Assembly (NCBI GenBank): GCA_048013815.1
Contig: CM106586.1
Location: forward strand, 2,666,001-2,730,000
DNA from: Setoptus koraiensis
Taxonomy: Eukaryota > Animalia > Arthropoda
Length of the DNA: 64,000 nt
Reading direction: 5' to 3'
This document shows positions 46,072-59,874 of the stretch, one piece after another (the stretch's first letter is position 1; every line of letters begins with the position of its first letter). Both the position numbers and the translations under genes were made by a program. The notes beneath the pieces were generated by a model. It saw nothing but the letters and a program-made list of their open reading frames with translations. It had not been told where the DNA came from and did no database searches.

Positions 46072-46523
46072 TCATTGGCAATTAGCTCGTTGATTCTCCC
46101 AAATGAATATTATTGAGAATAAGATTGCCAATTCGCTGATGATGCCCAAAAGAGGCCACAGTGCTATTAATTTATCTCTAACACGTATGAAAATAGTCTT
46201 GGAGCTTTTGTCTGTAACATTGTTGTCGGCACGACACGAATAGAAGCCTCTATCCTCCATTTTGACCGTTTCTATTATGAGTGTTCTGACAAATTCATTA
46301 TCATCAGCTTGACCAATCTTAATACGTGGATTGGGGTTTTTTCCATCTAATTCCATCAGAGTTTCCTCATCATCGGGTATTCTCGATTTAAGCCAGGTTA
46401 TTGTTACAGGTCCAGAGGTATTTCTCACTTCGCATTTGAGCTCTAAACGTTCTCCGTCTGTTATTATTCCTGATTTTCCAGTATGACTAGTGGCAAGACT
46501 AAAGTCTTCAATGAAGGGTTGTG
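46072..46523 (-). CDS. Bsg: Basigin-family gene: last coding exon (membrane-proximal Ig domain, TM, short tail)
   Basis: LELKC...ITW...DRGFYSCRADN...RVRDKLIALWPLLGIISELAIL, the basigin hallmark with an intramembrane Glu. Acceptor ctctacag at 46524, phase 1. Confidence 0.88.
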
Positions 46524-46623
46524 CTGTAGAGGTGATAAAAATACAATAACAATAATTTAGTGAAAAATAGCTTGAAAGTGATAAATGTCACTGTAATATG
46601 GTTGTGGTTGTAGAATTAGTTAC

Positions 46624-46814
46624 CTCTGACTTGGAAAGTTGCCTCCTCTTTATCAATGGGAGTATTGGAGTCGCGATTTAAAGCTTTGCATTGGTAGTCG
46701 GCCACCGATGCTGGGCCAGACTTTTTGATCCAAAGACGTTCATTGTGAATCTCGAAAGCATCATCATCTGGGTCTACTTCTTCCGTAACGTTTGTGCTGA
46801 GCTTTGTACGGTAC
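46624..46814 (-). CDS. Bsg: Basigin-family gene: exon with the second half of Ig3
   Basis: Acceptor tttgcag (phase 2), YRTKL...RLWIKK...ADYQCKALN...FQVR, donor GTAACT (phase 1); 100-bp intron to the next exon. Confidence 0.82.
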
Positions 46815-48844
46815 CTGCAAAGGAATCAATTGATGATGAATGTTTGTAAGAAAAATGGTAGTTGTTGGTAATGAGTGATGTGTGTGTAGTGAGTGGAAGA
46901 ATTTTTTGAAAGCTCAAAATTTTATCAGCGTACGTACCATTTGAAAAAGGCTTTAGAATCGTCGGTTTTCTCGCACTGCAATAGCAAATCCTGGCCAGGC
47001 ACTAGTGTAGCCCTGCCATTAGGTGGTTTAATGGTTACGACAGAGGAAGCTGATGGGCATGAGATGACAACAATTATAAAATATATAAGATACATTAGCA
47101 ACATGTTGAGCTGTGTTAACCAATTGTGTATATAATGCTTGTGTTTTCACAAAATACAGCTATTGTTTTGATTCAATACTGATAATAACAACAGGCAGCT
47201 GTAGCTAGTGGTCGAGTAAGGGGCACCAATAGTGATGGTGTTTTGTATAAATAATTTAATAATTCTGCTATAATGATAGTAACAACAATACGATGTATAT
47301 TTATCTCAACGAATAGGAGAGCTTTCAATAGTGTGAGTGTTTGTGGTCTGTGTGATCGCCGGCGTGAGAGTAACAAGTCTCCAAATGGATTCAGATTCTA
47401 ATATTCTAATTAATATTGAGTTAAACGTGCGGATATTTCGATAATATTGCATTCAGGCATGTTATTGTGGCTATTTAGCAATGTATTATGAATTTAGAAT
47501 AATAATTGCGACAATAATTGTAACATAATAATGCTTATTTTAGTGTATAACAACAATGGTGGCGATGATAGCAATAATTAGCCAGTTCATCATGTGCGCC
47601 AGCAACAATGTTTGTTGTCCTTTGGATGTGCGTTGGGAGGAGAGATCATTGGAACGACACTATGGCAATCAAGTTAAAAAGCGCACGTTGCCATCGACAC
47701 AGCAGCTTTAGAGCACTGTTTTGTGCAGTTGTACACACATAAGGTGTTGCAAAAAACGTGTTACCGCACATGAGCAATCCGCCATCTATACATGACTTTG
47801 AGCAACTACAAACTAAACTATATGCCCTAGTTCACTATCCAGACAACAAGCTTGTCGTGTGCCTTTTAACTTTACCAGTGGCGTCACTTTGCAACCGGGT
47901 AACAAGTACATCCAGTCTAGACTCTATCAATCTTATATGTGTAATTTTAGTATATGTCTATATGTAATTTTAGTATTTATGTCTACATGCAATTATATAT
48001 ACGGTGTAACTTTATGTAACATCAATCGACACACAAGCATGGGATGAATATGATACCAAACGTTGTTTGTTGTTGTCAATGTTGTTGACTTTTGTTCTTG
48101 ACTTGTGCGCTCTTGCTGTTGTTGTTGTTGTTGTTTTTGTCAGCACAACAACGACATCAACAACAGTTAGTTATAGAGCAATTAGTGTGACGCAATATCA
48201 TCAGATTATTTAGACGTTAATAGGCCCTGGTGACGACTGGATGGGCTAGCCAACTGCAGAGAGCGCTGAAACAAGAAACAAAACTAGAGCATAGCGACCA
48301 TCAGCGAGCAAGCGTGAATATTATAGTGGAATATCATGCTTTACGACCAACTCGATGGCCATTGCCATTGCCATGGTGCTCCTCTAATGGCCAGTCAAAC
48401 CAGCAGCGCGTAATTGTGGGCGCAATCTCTTGACCGCCAGACCAGAGCCCAGTTACGCCATTATTCAAATTATTCAAACCAATTGCCCAGTTATCGGGGC
48501 ACATAGCAACCGGCAAAGAGTAACCAGCAACGGCAAACTGCAACAAAAAGCAAGCGCCTGTCAAGCTTGCGAGAAGCAGGTAGCTTGTGAGTAGCAGATG
48601 CAAATAACATTGTGATAACACTAGTGGGCAACGTTGATGATTTTAACCTGGTTCGTTGTTTGCCGAACGCCTCTCTACTGCAGGTGAATGGTTAATGGGC
48701 AAAACTCACTGCACTTGCCCGAGTGTTTATTCATGTTTCTATACATGTGTTTCATTTATGTTATGATGATGAAAATATATTCATTATATGCATCGTTGGC
48801 CATGCAAGTTGCGGCACCAACAGCAACACCACCACCACCACCAC

Positions 48845-48876
<32 letters not shown>

Positions 48877-49451
48877 GTACCAACAGCGACGTTACTTTTC
48901 AGGTGAAGCATCACCACTGTTCTATATCAACAACATTGTTATCGCACACTACACTAGGCTACACTATACACGTTTTCATACCATTATTGTATAATAGTCA
49001 TTTGTTGTTGCCATGCGTTGTCCCATCTATGAATCGGTCGTGCCTTTTTGTGCAATTGCAACAACGCGTGCCAGTCGCAACCAAACTAGGTTACAGGCAC
49101 GCAACTGGCTAACTGTAGTAGCAGCAGCAGTGTTACATAACAACAATTATGACTGCATAAAACAGTAACATCATCTTAGCACAATATTTCTATATGACGA
49201 CACTGGCCCTCTAGCGACTGTGACTAGCCGATTGTTAGTCTGTCGGTCAGTCAGTCGGTCGGTCGGTCAGTCAGTCAGTTAGTCAGTCAGCCAGCCAGTC
49301 AGTCAGCTACTCAGTTAGCCACTCAGTGAGTCAGGAAGTCTGTTTGTTTGTTAGTCAATCAGTGGTCAGGTGAGACAAACTGTCAGTTGACCAAGGAGAG
49401 ACAGTTATAAATTGAATTGTTGTGTTGATTTTGTCGTCGCAAACACACATA

Positions 49452-49494
<43 letters not shown>

Positions 49495-50951
49495 TCATAC
49501 ACAAAACACGTAGCTCACCTGGACTAGACTGGCAATCATCTAACAGCAATCACATTTTGGCAATCTCATTATTGCAACACTAATAATCATCATCATCATG
49601 ATAATCGCTATATTGCTACCAGAAGAATAACATTGTTGTGACTACCGGCTATTATGGTGGACGCCGTATTAGTTGGCAAATAATGAGTTGCTGCTTGTTG
49701 CAACAATCAGACTCAAAATAATCACGATCCACACCAATCTGTACGCTCGTGCCCAATGTCTGTTAAGGCGGGCGTTAAGCTGATGGCCTTCGCCTATACG
49801 CAAACATATTTGACATAACTTAACTGCACATTATCCGTTTGCTCTATCAGCCGAATAGCAACAACGGCAGCAGCAGCAACAGCAGCAACAGCAACAACGA
49901 CAACAACAACAACAACAACAGCTTATTTTAATCTCGCTAGATAAACATTGTTTGCACGCACCTCCATCTTGACTATATCCAACCATTAGCACTGCATTTC
50001 TAATTGGAACATAACCGTCGGTTAGCTGGCCACTAGCGTCGACTGGTGGCCGCTGAATACACACTGGCACACAAATACACAGGTGATTCTGGGCGTGTTC
50101 ATCATATCCACTATACAGATAAAGCGCCACCAAGGGATTGCGATAGGCCTCACTATATATCTGTATTACGCAATATACAATGCACAGTTCTAAGTCTAAT
50201 GGCTAGTAATTTTGTCCTTGTGAACCCCATGGCTACGGGAAGTATAAGTCGTTTATATTATATTGTGTGGTGTCTCAAATGGCGCAGTTCCCAATAAATA
50301 GATGGGCTACAAGACCTTTGAGACATGTGAGAAATGTGTAGTGGACAGCAGCACCAGCAACGACTAATCCAACCAGCATTGGCACCAGTGATTTGATCAT
50401 ATCACAGACAGTGTCCCTCAAGCCGACAAATTCTCATGTTGGTCGTGAATAAGAACACCAATGTGTTTGGAATTACCCAAAGCAACAATACAAACTCGAG
50501 CACTATGTTACAATCACCGCCACATTATCGCTTGATGATACTTGATGATACGAGAGCGCCAGGCGCCGTCAATTCGTCGTATGATTGTTGTCATCGATAA
50601 TATTAGTACGTTTGTTTCCGTTATAGCATGCCAATGTGCTCTCATGCAACCGCTAAGTGGCTCCTGTTTTAGTATTCGTCCAATAATTGTTGCAAATAAT
50701 CATCATGCATCCAGGATTGCAGCTGACTGTTTGTTATAGTTAGTCAATATGACATCCCGTCCACCAGATAGCACTGCGACTCAATCATGCAACAAAGCTC
50801 CCTTCCAATTTGTTATTGCCCGATAACGCAAGTCACTGCATCGCGATTCAACGATAAAATTGCGCCTCATTTTATTGGGGCCCGCTGAATCGCTTATCAT
50901 CGGGCATCGCTTATCGCCGGGCATCACTCATCATCGGGCATCATCAGGCAT

Positions 50952-50991
50952 CAGTGGGCACCAGTGGGCACCAGTGGGCACCAGTGGGCAC
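50952..50991. repeat. (CAGTGGGCAC)4 within a stuttered gggcatc region
   Basis: Direct reading. Confidence 0.8.
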
Positions 50992-52375
50992 TGGCTCGAC
51001 TGTGGATTGGTTGGTGCATTCATTTCGAGCGAATAATCAGCGTGCAATTGATTTGATAGAAATTTGCGAGTTGCGTCATGGCAAGTTGGCATCGCCATGC
51101 ACAAAGATGTGTGTGTCTCGTCAGAAATGTGCACAATTCACTATCAAGTTTATCTATTGAATTATCTATGAATCGTGTGTGCACGTTGAGCAAAATCAGT
51201 TCAGTCAAACAGAATACAGAAGTAATAGTACACATTCGGCAGTAAGTGACTTACAACAGCAGCGACACACACCATGACAACATGTTGTGATATCGACAAG
51301 CATCTTGTCTAACCAAATCGTCGTCGTCCTATATTAATTTAAATAAGATTGCGTCATGCGACCTCGTTCAAGCCAGGCTGCCATCATGATAGCGCTCATT
51401 TGAATTGTTTTGATCTGGCCACTTTGACTCTGGCTGACGACTGTTGCCACTGGAAATGCAGTTGTCATATTGATGCAGCAAGCTAATCTAGTTAACAGTT
51501 TGATAAACGCCACAGGAAGGGACGCGCTAATCGCCGGGCGAAGACATACGAGGCTCATTTCAACAGCCTCGTTGTTTTGGCTGAAACAACTCAGAGTCAC
51601 ATTCAGATCTAAAGTGCTGCCATGCTCGTGTGACTGAACAAATCTCGCTTTGAGTGTCCATGACAAGCGGGTTACAATTACTATTGACGCGTACGTGTTC
51701 AATGTTGGTTACGCCGTTGTCTACATTGCACCGTCACAGCACATATTTTAACTTGACACTTTTTGCCGGCCATTGTTTCTCTACATGGCGCCTTGCTCTA
51801 CATGGCAGCGTCATGACAGCTCAGTCGGTGTGTTTGCTTATGGCCGTATAAACATAGTTGATCCCGTGTCCGTTGTTTTAGATGTGGCGACAAACACGAT
51901 TTATATACAAGAGCGAAAGCGAAAGCGAATAATATCAATTGTCTCAACAATAATCAATTCATTGGCAGTGGTCAATGTCAGCCGGCAAACAAGCAGCCGG
52001 CCAATGGCAACGGTGCAACATTTGTATTGGCATGTAATAGCGCCACCTCAATACAAGTCTCTATCGCAAGCCAACATAATGCCAGACAGAGAGCAATAAC
52101 TATAACCTTCCGCTCAGTCGCTTTCGGACTAACCGATTGTGGTTGGTGCGAAGGCTTTGTGTGACTTTGCTAGCTGCTGTCCGAAAGTCTCGATTTGTCG
52201 CCGCGCGTTACGAGCTACCCACCAAATAGCAGCTTTCGTCATGTGAAAGCCGACGCAGCGGCAGCCGCGCCGTCATAACAAAAATCGCTTGCATTGCGTC
52301 ACTATTAATAGTGACCGTTGGTGATCGTTATTATATTATCACTGTTGCAATTGTGTGTCGATGGCCGGAGAAACA

Positions 52376-52377
<2 letters not shown>

Positions 52378-52444
<67 letters not shown>
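52378..52444. repeat. (GT)~33 microsatellite
   Basis: Direct reading. Confidence 0.9.
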
Positions 52445-52449
<5 letters not shown>

Positions 52450-52634
52450 GAGGGACAGAGTTGAATTGGTGGTGAGGTCCGGCTGAGCACGTGTGAGAGA
52501 TCTAGCCAATAATCCGATACAATATATCACTCTGTTCGAGCTCACTCAACCATTTATCCTTCTATCTCTCGTGTCCGTTCAATCTGGGCCCAGATAAGCA
52601 TTGGATAAGCTCGTCTTGCCAGAATTGGCTCCAT

Positions 52635-52671
<37 letters not shown>

Positions 52672-54477
52672 TACCATTGGTGTGATACCAACACACAATG
52701 TAATAATGCAGCAAATGTCACTGCACAGTGTGTGTTCGTTTGTGCAAGCAAATTGGGTCAACCTACAAAACATATCGATGGCGATGCTGGAATCATTGAG
52801 CCGCATGCTCAACTCTGGCCGATGGCATTGGTTTGCTATCGGCTATATATTGCCAGCTATACGCCAGCGATGCATACTATACGTATGGCATGTATGCAGC
52901 CCTAAACTAGAATAGGACAAGATTGATAAAAGAAAATTGATAAAGACGCACAACATTTTCGCCCTCTTTCCATCCATCTTTTTATTTATATGTTTAAATA
53001 TATAATGGTGGCTCCAATGGGCAGATATGACAAACCAGACAGAGCGGTCAGCGAATCTGTGCACTGCAACTACAAGATGACAATCGCTGTCTGGCCACTG
53101 TGTCCTGTCTTACTGGACAACAACTATGAGCAGCTCCATGTCGATATATGCAACCTTGTCTCCATTACTATATAGGCTCACTTTTATCTAGATTAAATTA
53201 TTACTGCTGATGGCGATCATGATCAATAGACTTCTCTAATCTAGACCCATCCAACAATAGCTCGTCCGAGTGCCCTCTACTGGAACACATTACATAATTA
53301 CTGATACAAAGGTGATAAGAAGTGACCATAGTGAATATTAATATCACACTAGTGTGTGCTTTTTTCAGGGGCTCTTTTCCTGAATGGTGGCCCCCGCTAA
53401 TAGTTTTAATTTTTGGCCTTGCACACTGTGCGTCATACTGCACACAGTGACGTTATCCGCACAATCTTGGCGCACCCAGCGGCAAGATTGCGACCAGGAC
53501 CCAACCGAACCGAAACATGCCTGAACAGTTGTCTCCAGAGCTGTGCTGTCTAGACGGCAACCCTGCGGCACAGCTGTCTATTAGACAGTGTCTAGGGGGC
53601 GCAGGCGAGTCGCGTTAGGCCGCCTAGATGCACCAGACAGAGAGCGCACTGTTTTTTGTTCAATTTTAAAACTATTACCGGCCAGCCAGACTCTATTTGT
53701 AGCCCAGAGTTTGTTTGTGTCTCGCCAATGGTATCTTCATCAATACATGTTTGAGCAATCGATTTTGTAATTTTGTTCTAGTGCCAGCTGGTCATCAACC
53801 ATCATCAATCATAATTGAAAAGTATCTGTTGGCGATCAAACAATGAACAATATGCCATTACCGTTGGCCCACATTCTCTTATGTGTACCTTCTCTTATCA
53901 CCCAAACACGCCTATTGGTATTGGTGTGCATGTAGGTAAACAATTGTTGGGATAGCTTACACAATAATTAGATTGGGCCTCGCATGGCGGCCTATTAAAC
54001 GTGAGCTCCAATCTAATTATTGAAGATAAGCCAAGATTATTTCTTTAAATTCATTTGGTAATGCAATTACTGTAAATTGTCTGCAAGTGATTGCATTATA
54101 TAGTTAATGCAACTCTCGTTGATGGTTGCTAAGTGAAGTGAGAATATGGCATCACCGACGAATCTCCCTTTCAATGACTGCAACTAACTAGCTATTGTTG
54201 CATAATGACACCACCTTTGTTGTTGCCTATGATGGCGCTATTGTGCTATTTATGCTATGTTTATGTTTATGCTATTATTGGCTCATAGCGACAAAAGAGA
54301 ACGATAGAAAGGTTATTTTCATTGTGATTAAGCTCACTGGCCAGCTAAACAAACTTTCACCGCCACCAACACACATCTGGCTTGCCTCTTGAAGGTGCAT
54401 ATCGAAATGTTCAATCTCTAACATGGCGCACTACTTTTACTTTCGCATCACATTGCATCACGAATTGCGTCACATCA

Positions 54478-54590
54478 CATCACATCACTTTACTCTACTC
54501 CCAATCCACTCTACTCCACTCCACTCCACTTCACCCCACCTCACTTCACCTCACCTCACCTCACTTCACCTCACCCCACTTCACTTCACT
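54478..54590. repeat. Imperfect pentanucleotide array (cacat/cactc/cacct/cactt)
   Basis: Direct reading. Confidence 0.8.
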
Positions 54591-55702
54591 TCGGTCGGGC
54601 CAGGCTCAGCTCGGCTCACTTGTCTTCTCTTCTTTCCACCTCGCATCTCCTGTACCCGCTACTCCCCCCCCCCGCTTTGGGTTCCCTAAACCATAAATGA
54701 CACATGTACACACATGCTGCTTTCAATGTCCTCCTCTTCCTCACTCCCTCGCTGCAAACTTGTTTCACATCAATTGTGCCTAAGATGCCGGTCAGTTATA
54801 ATCCATTTTCCTATATAACGGTTCTGTCTTGCTGCTCACAGTATCATAGCAGTAACAAGTTTACTTTGGTGAATGTCGACAGTCTTGTCTGAAGTTGCAC
54901 ACGTACCCATTGACCAAAACATATAGCACGTGTTCAATATCATACAACAACAACAACATCTCTAGCCGCTTCGTCTCTTGGTGCAAGCCATTCGCCAAAC
55001 TAATAAGACAACCAACAAATGATGAAATTGGACTATGGCAAATAGTTTTGTGTGTGTCTGTATTGCTAAACCACAGCACAAACACTTGTCCGATATTGCG
55101 CATCATCGTCATCCCAACAAACAACTCTAAGCCCCTTTTTTCTTGCCATGACACAAGAGTTTCTATCGCTCCACTTACTTGTTTATCCCTTTTATAATGT
55201 GCTCTTGTAGCTTTCCTATTATTACCAAACTGTCCAGCCCGCAATTTCATTGCATCATGACTGAGCGTATTCATTTATACTCTATCTCTCTCTTTCCCCC
55301 GCCCCCACACACACAGTGGTCGGGTGGCCAGTCCGGCCAAACCGCCAGGTAAACAATTTATTACCAGTTAACGTTTTTGTCAAGATTGAACTGTGTGACT
55401 GAGATAAAGTAGAAAGTAAGACATTGGCAAGAAAGTAAAGTTATGTTGCCAAACTGTGACAGCTTGCACCAAGTGAATGTGCCTTGCGACAAACCATCTT
55501 GTTCCTCGGCAAATATCATCGTCATGCTGGAACGAAAACAACTGTACAAGCTCTATCAACTTATGTCCTCTTCCTATGTTATGAGATTATCTCATACACA
55601 GCATAGGGACCCGCGCGCAAGAAAAACAGAAAAATCCATTTCATGTTGACCACTGGCTATAAGTCTTTCTTTATCTCTCTCCCTCTCCCTCTCCCACTTT
55701 AC

Positions 55703-55856
55703 CAAATGTCCACAAAGGGCCCACAACTGAACACAAAATAATTGTTGGATCCATACTTCTCCTCGTTGTAATAAGCAGCAGTCTTGGCATGAGCGGCATG
55801 AATGCCAGAATCGTCCCTAAAGAGGTCACCAAGATTGACAAAAATGAGATCCCGAC
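55703..55856 (-). CDS. Bsg: Basigin-family gene: putative exon with the first half of Ig3
   Basis: An open 154-bp frame, phase 1 in and phase 2 out, ends ...FVFSCGPFVDI-TG|GTAAAG and completes Trp with the G of exon 46814. The acceptor (tgag) is weak. Confidence 0.55.
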
Positions 55857-57653
55857 CTCAATATGAATTGAATCATGAATCGTGGAGTGAGTAAATATAA
55901 CAGATAGATACAAAGATGGTATCAGAAATATTTACATCTTTTCTCAGTGGTATCATCGAATCACTGTTTCAATCCGTTCATATTCAGCAGTCTGCTCTCA
56001 ATGGGACCAACTCTCAACTTTCTTGAATATTCCACATTCAGGTCATAGCTCATACATTAAATTTTCTATGTAGATTGAGTAATTTTATTCAAGTAGAAAC
56101 ACAATAGTCTCTTCAAGATCATTCTGAAGCAGCCAACTTGAGTCTCACCGTGAAAAAATAAAATAAGATAGGACCATTGCTACGGAGGAATCTGGACGTC
56201 AAAGATCGCTATCATTCAAGTTCCAGGGCCAATCCGAGAGAAATAAAAATTTTACATACACATTACAGTGTGGGGATTCACCAATAGCCTTGCTAAAGGT
56301 TCAGAAAGCTCCGGCAGGGCGGCGCTTCTTAGCTTTCCATGAGGAGCTGAAGCGAGTATTAGTCGATCATGGTGAGCAGTCATCCGCCGGACTGGGCACT
56401 GGCAAAATAGCAATGTGTCATTATGCACCAGAACTAGTTCACTCGGATCGGCTTTACAGCAAGCTAAGGCAAGCAATCAAAAAAAGAAAATATTTAATGA
56501 TGCAGTCTGTCTTCGGCCACACATTTTTGGGTGATGCCGATCGAGTTTTATGAAATATGTGATCACGAGCCGTTTGAATTCATCATGGAACTCCACAGGC
56601 ATCCCTAATACATATTGTTAAAGGCACCCAAGTTATGACAACGCCAACAGAGTGGATAGAAAAACAAGAATCCGTAGCTGTCATCCAAGAAGTAGCTACT
56701 AGACAAGTCTTTGAAACTAAATTTGAATATTCATTCAGATACTTTGAGTGGTAGAAATCGCCATCAAAGTATTACATTCGGGGGAAATTTTTCTCAGTAT
56801 ATTGTAGATAGTTAATGATGCGATGAATACTCATATAATCTATCAAAGTGATCAGTGTCATTGTGAGCTATCAAGTAAGCCGAGTAAATCGGCTTATAAA
56901 ACTTTGTCACGTATTCACCTAGATTATACATATTGGAAGAAAGTGAAAAAAAAAAAGAAAAAAGAATTGACATTCCACTAACTCATGCATGGTGCTTCAA
57001 AAGTCATGAAGTCTTCAATGTCTCCCAAACTTTCGATTTCGCTGTCATGTTTTTCTTTGTTACCTCTCAAGATCGTGCGAAGACATGCGAAAAGCTCTAT
57101 CTGAATTTGGGACAGTTCCTCACCTTTTTATAAAGGATAGCCTCTGCTTTTTAATAAGAAAAATTATGAAGAGGTTTCTTGCGACAGGAATGTTGAAGAG
57201 CTCGATCAAGCAAAATAGAAGCAAGTTTTTTTCACCAAAATTAACCGACTATCGTATTATACATCTTTTCCTCAGAGTCGAAAGTACTCACGTCCCATCC
57301 CTTAGGATTAATCTTATCGGTTTGAGTACTTTGCACAAGCAGTATTTTTCGGATTTTAGAACAAGTTGTTCGACCTCTGGACTTTCACATCTTATTCACG
57401 TTATGAATGATCACAATATAACTGAAGGAAAACTGAACCACTAAAAATAGAAGAAAGATCATCCTTTTTGATCGATTCTATATCACTTTGCTGTCATGAA
57501 CATACCGTAAGTATAGATATATAGTCAAGCTTATTCAACTTCACTAAAATATTTGAATCAAGAGCATGGCGAGTATGATACTGTCTTGCTCTCGAGTTCG
57601 TCATGCACCTTTGTATTGATCTATAGAAACTAGATTACAACGTCTTTACTCAC

Positions 57654-58133
57654 CTTGGATCCGTATCATCGTAGATACTTCATCCGAACTGACACGGTTT
57701 TGTGCCCTGCACGCATAACGGGATGTATGCTTATCAATGTCTAGATCACGTACTATTAAAGTTGACTGGATGAGAGGTGTAGAGGAAATGCTTCCCTCCG
57801 TCACCGTTGAAGTTGTTGGTGCCCCTGTACTATGGCTTGCCTTGCGATTAATTATAGCGGTATTGCCTTTGGCGTACGAGTTCGCGTTCTGGCGTAACTT
57901 GTGTGTGGTTGGTTTTGGACTTATATCGACGATGTATTTCTTTTCCTCGTCAGAATTTCTGTTATCTGAATAGTCTGGAGACATATGGGTGCCACCGTCT
58001 GTAGTAAGGGTGATAGTTGGAAGCACATCGGGGCTGGTGGGATTTTGCTGCTGTTGAATCATGTCGTTATTAGATAGAACCTGTACTTTGCCTTCGTTAT
58101 TCCTTAGATACTCGGAGTCAACAATCTCGTTTC
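57654..58133 (-). CDS. Bsg: Basigin-family gene: second half of Ig2 (480 bp, phase 1-1)
   Basis: Acceptor tttctctcccgattcag, STLIVRDL...RYACRAQNRV...IRIQG, donor GTGAGT. Confidence 0.72.
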
Positions 58134-58317
58134 CTGAATCGGGAGAGAAATTGAGATAAATGACATTTGGACGTATTAACAACAAGAGATGAGATTGTGT
58201 TATTGATAAAAGTGATGCCGGGGAGTGCAAAGCACGAATCATCATTAGTTTGGTTTGAGCATCAGAATGATTGACTAAGGCTCTCGTGGGGGACTCTTTA
58301 ACTCTTATCTAACATAC

Positions 58318-58519
58318 CTATGAACCACGTTATTTGTGGTGGCGGAAAGCCGCGTTCTATAGCACACTTGAGTTTCAGATCATTGCCACGTTTCAACTTA
58401 TAGCTGGCTCGATGACGGCGCAACTTTACTGGCGCCAGCAATTGAATCATACTTCCGGCGCTGAGGGGGTTAATAGATCGAGAAGTACCTGACGTGGCTT
58501 GAGAATCAGTGTCGTCAGC
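58318..58519 (-). CDS. Bsg: Basigin-family gene: first half of Ig2 (202 bp, phase 0-1)
   Basis: YKLKRGNDLKLKCAIERGFPPPQITWFI-G|GTATGT. The 3' edge is solid; the acceptor (aaag) is less certain. Confidence 0.68.
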
Positions 58520-59081
58520 CTTTTCATGGCAAGTAAAAGTATGGACGAATGATAATTGGTTGAATATTGTTTGTTATTTCGATTTTTAATGCGTTTGTTG
58601 CACCATGAGCAAAATAATGTTTGTGTGCGCCAATGAATCCATATCCGCCAGTAGGAATAGAGGAAAGGCAACCATAAGGAAGGATTTGAGAAGAGGAAAT
58701 AAATGCATGATTGAAATAATATTGATTGAATTGCATGCAGCTGGGCTTGGAGGATCGTTCGATTTCATTTTCCTAAAGTGAAATGGCACGATTTGTGCTA
58801 ACAAATACGTATGGATCTATGTATAAACCTGTTTGTGTGCATCAAATGTATCTGGTTATAAGGTGTAAACTGTGCACCCTATAACTGGATTATCATGAGG
58901 CTCACATTTGAGCTCGGATTGAAATTTTGATATTGGTATGTATATGGTGAAAGCTCAACTATGTTGGCTGTGTATAGTGTGTACATAGCAAACATAGTGT
59001 GCTCGTTGGATGCATAACGTTACACAAAACCGCTGTGAGTATAAATGCACTGATAAATGATAGTTTAGATGCGACACTTAC

Positions 59082-59874
59082 CTCATGTTGGCTACTCATT
59101 TGTAATGTATTCAATAGCTTGGACCATGAACAAAGCCAATCTCCTGAGTCACCATATTGTGCTGATTCAATGTACAATTGTCGCCCATTGGCTTGCCTAA
59201 ACTGAATTCTGGGCTGTTGTAATCGTGGATCTATGTAACCTGGCGCTACATGAGCCTGTTTATCGCTTGCCATTGGGATGTTGGTGCCTGTGGCATGGTA
59301 ATGAGAGGGCCCATTTTGTTGATCTTGCTGATGTTGTCTGTTAGCTGATGTTGCGGATTTACCTCTGAGACTTGATTTGATTGCGGCGGCTGCAGCTGCG
59401 GTTGTTGTCGTTACCATTCTGTTTGTATTGTTGGCTAATAGTGGATTGGACAATGAGGGCGACAACGATTGTTGTTGCGCTAATGGTTGTTGGCTTATAA
59501 TTTGTTTTCCATTCTTGAACCAGGCCAATTGATAGAATGGATTTGAATCTAATCGTTTTAGAACGTACTCGTCTGATATGTTGCAATTCCAAATGAGTGT
59601 CTTATTTTCAACAATCAATATTCCTGGCATTGAGAAGGAGTTGTCTAAATTGTTGTTGTTCGTTGCAGTTGACTGGATTGGTCCTTGATTGATGATGCTA
59701 TTGGGGGCGTTGATGGTGCCAATCAAGTTGTTATTGTTGCTGCTCCATTGTCGCAGAATGTTGTTCGGGTTGCCCATTTGAATCAATTGTTGTTGCACCT
59801 GATACAGTTGACTGTTTGAGACATGGCTGGGCACCACAACCAGTCTGTGGGCCTTCCTGCTGTATCTGTCGCAC
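59082..59874 (-). CDS. Bsg: Basigin-family gene: exon containing Ig1; signal-peptide exon not located
   Basis: TLIWNC...LAWFKNGK...RQLYIESAQYGDSGDWLC, donor GAG|GTAAGT; 5' edge tentative (ttatag). Confidence 0.62.

Noticed and set aside
48334-48621. Hydrophobic ORF as an alternative basigin signal-peptide exon
   Set aside because: It starts at GTG with an in-frame stop just upstream, and has no phase-compatible donor.
56100-57600. Possible decayed TE in a basigin intron (ORFs 56290..56553, 57085..57444)
   Set aside because: Fragmented frames with no catalytic motif I could identify; needs a Dfam search.
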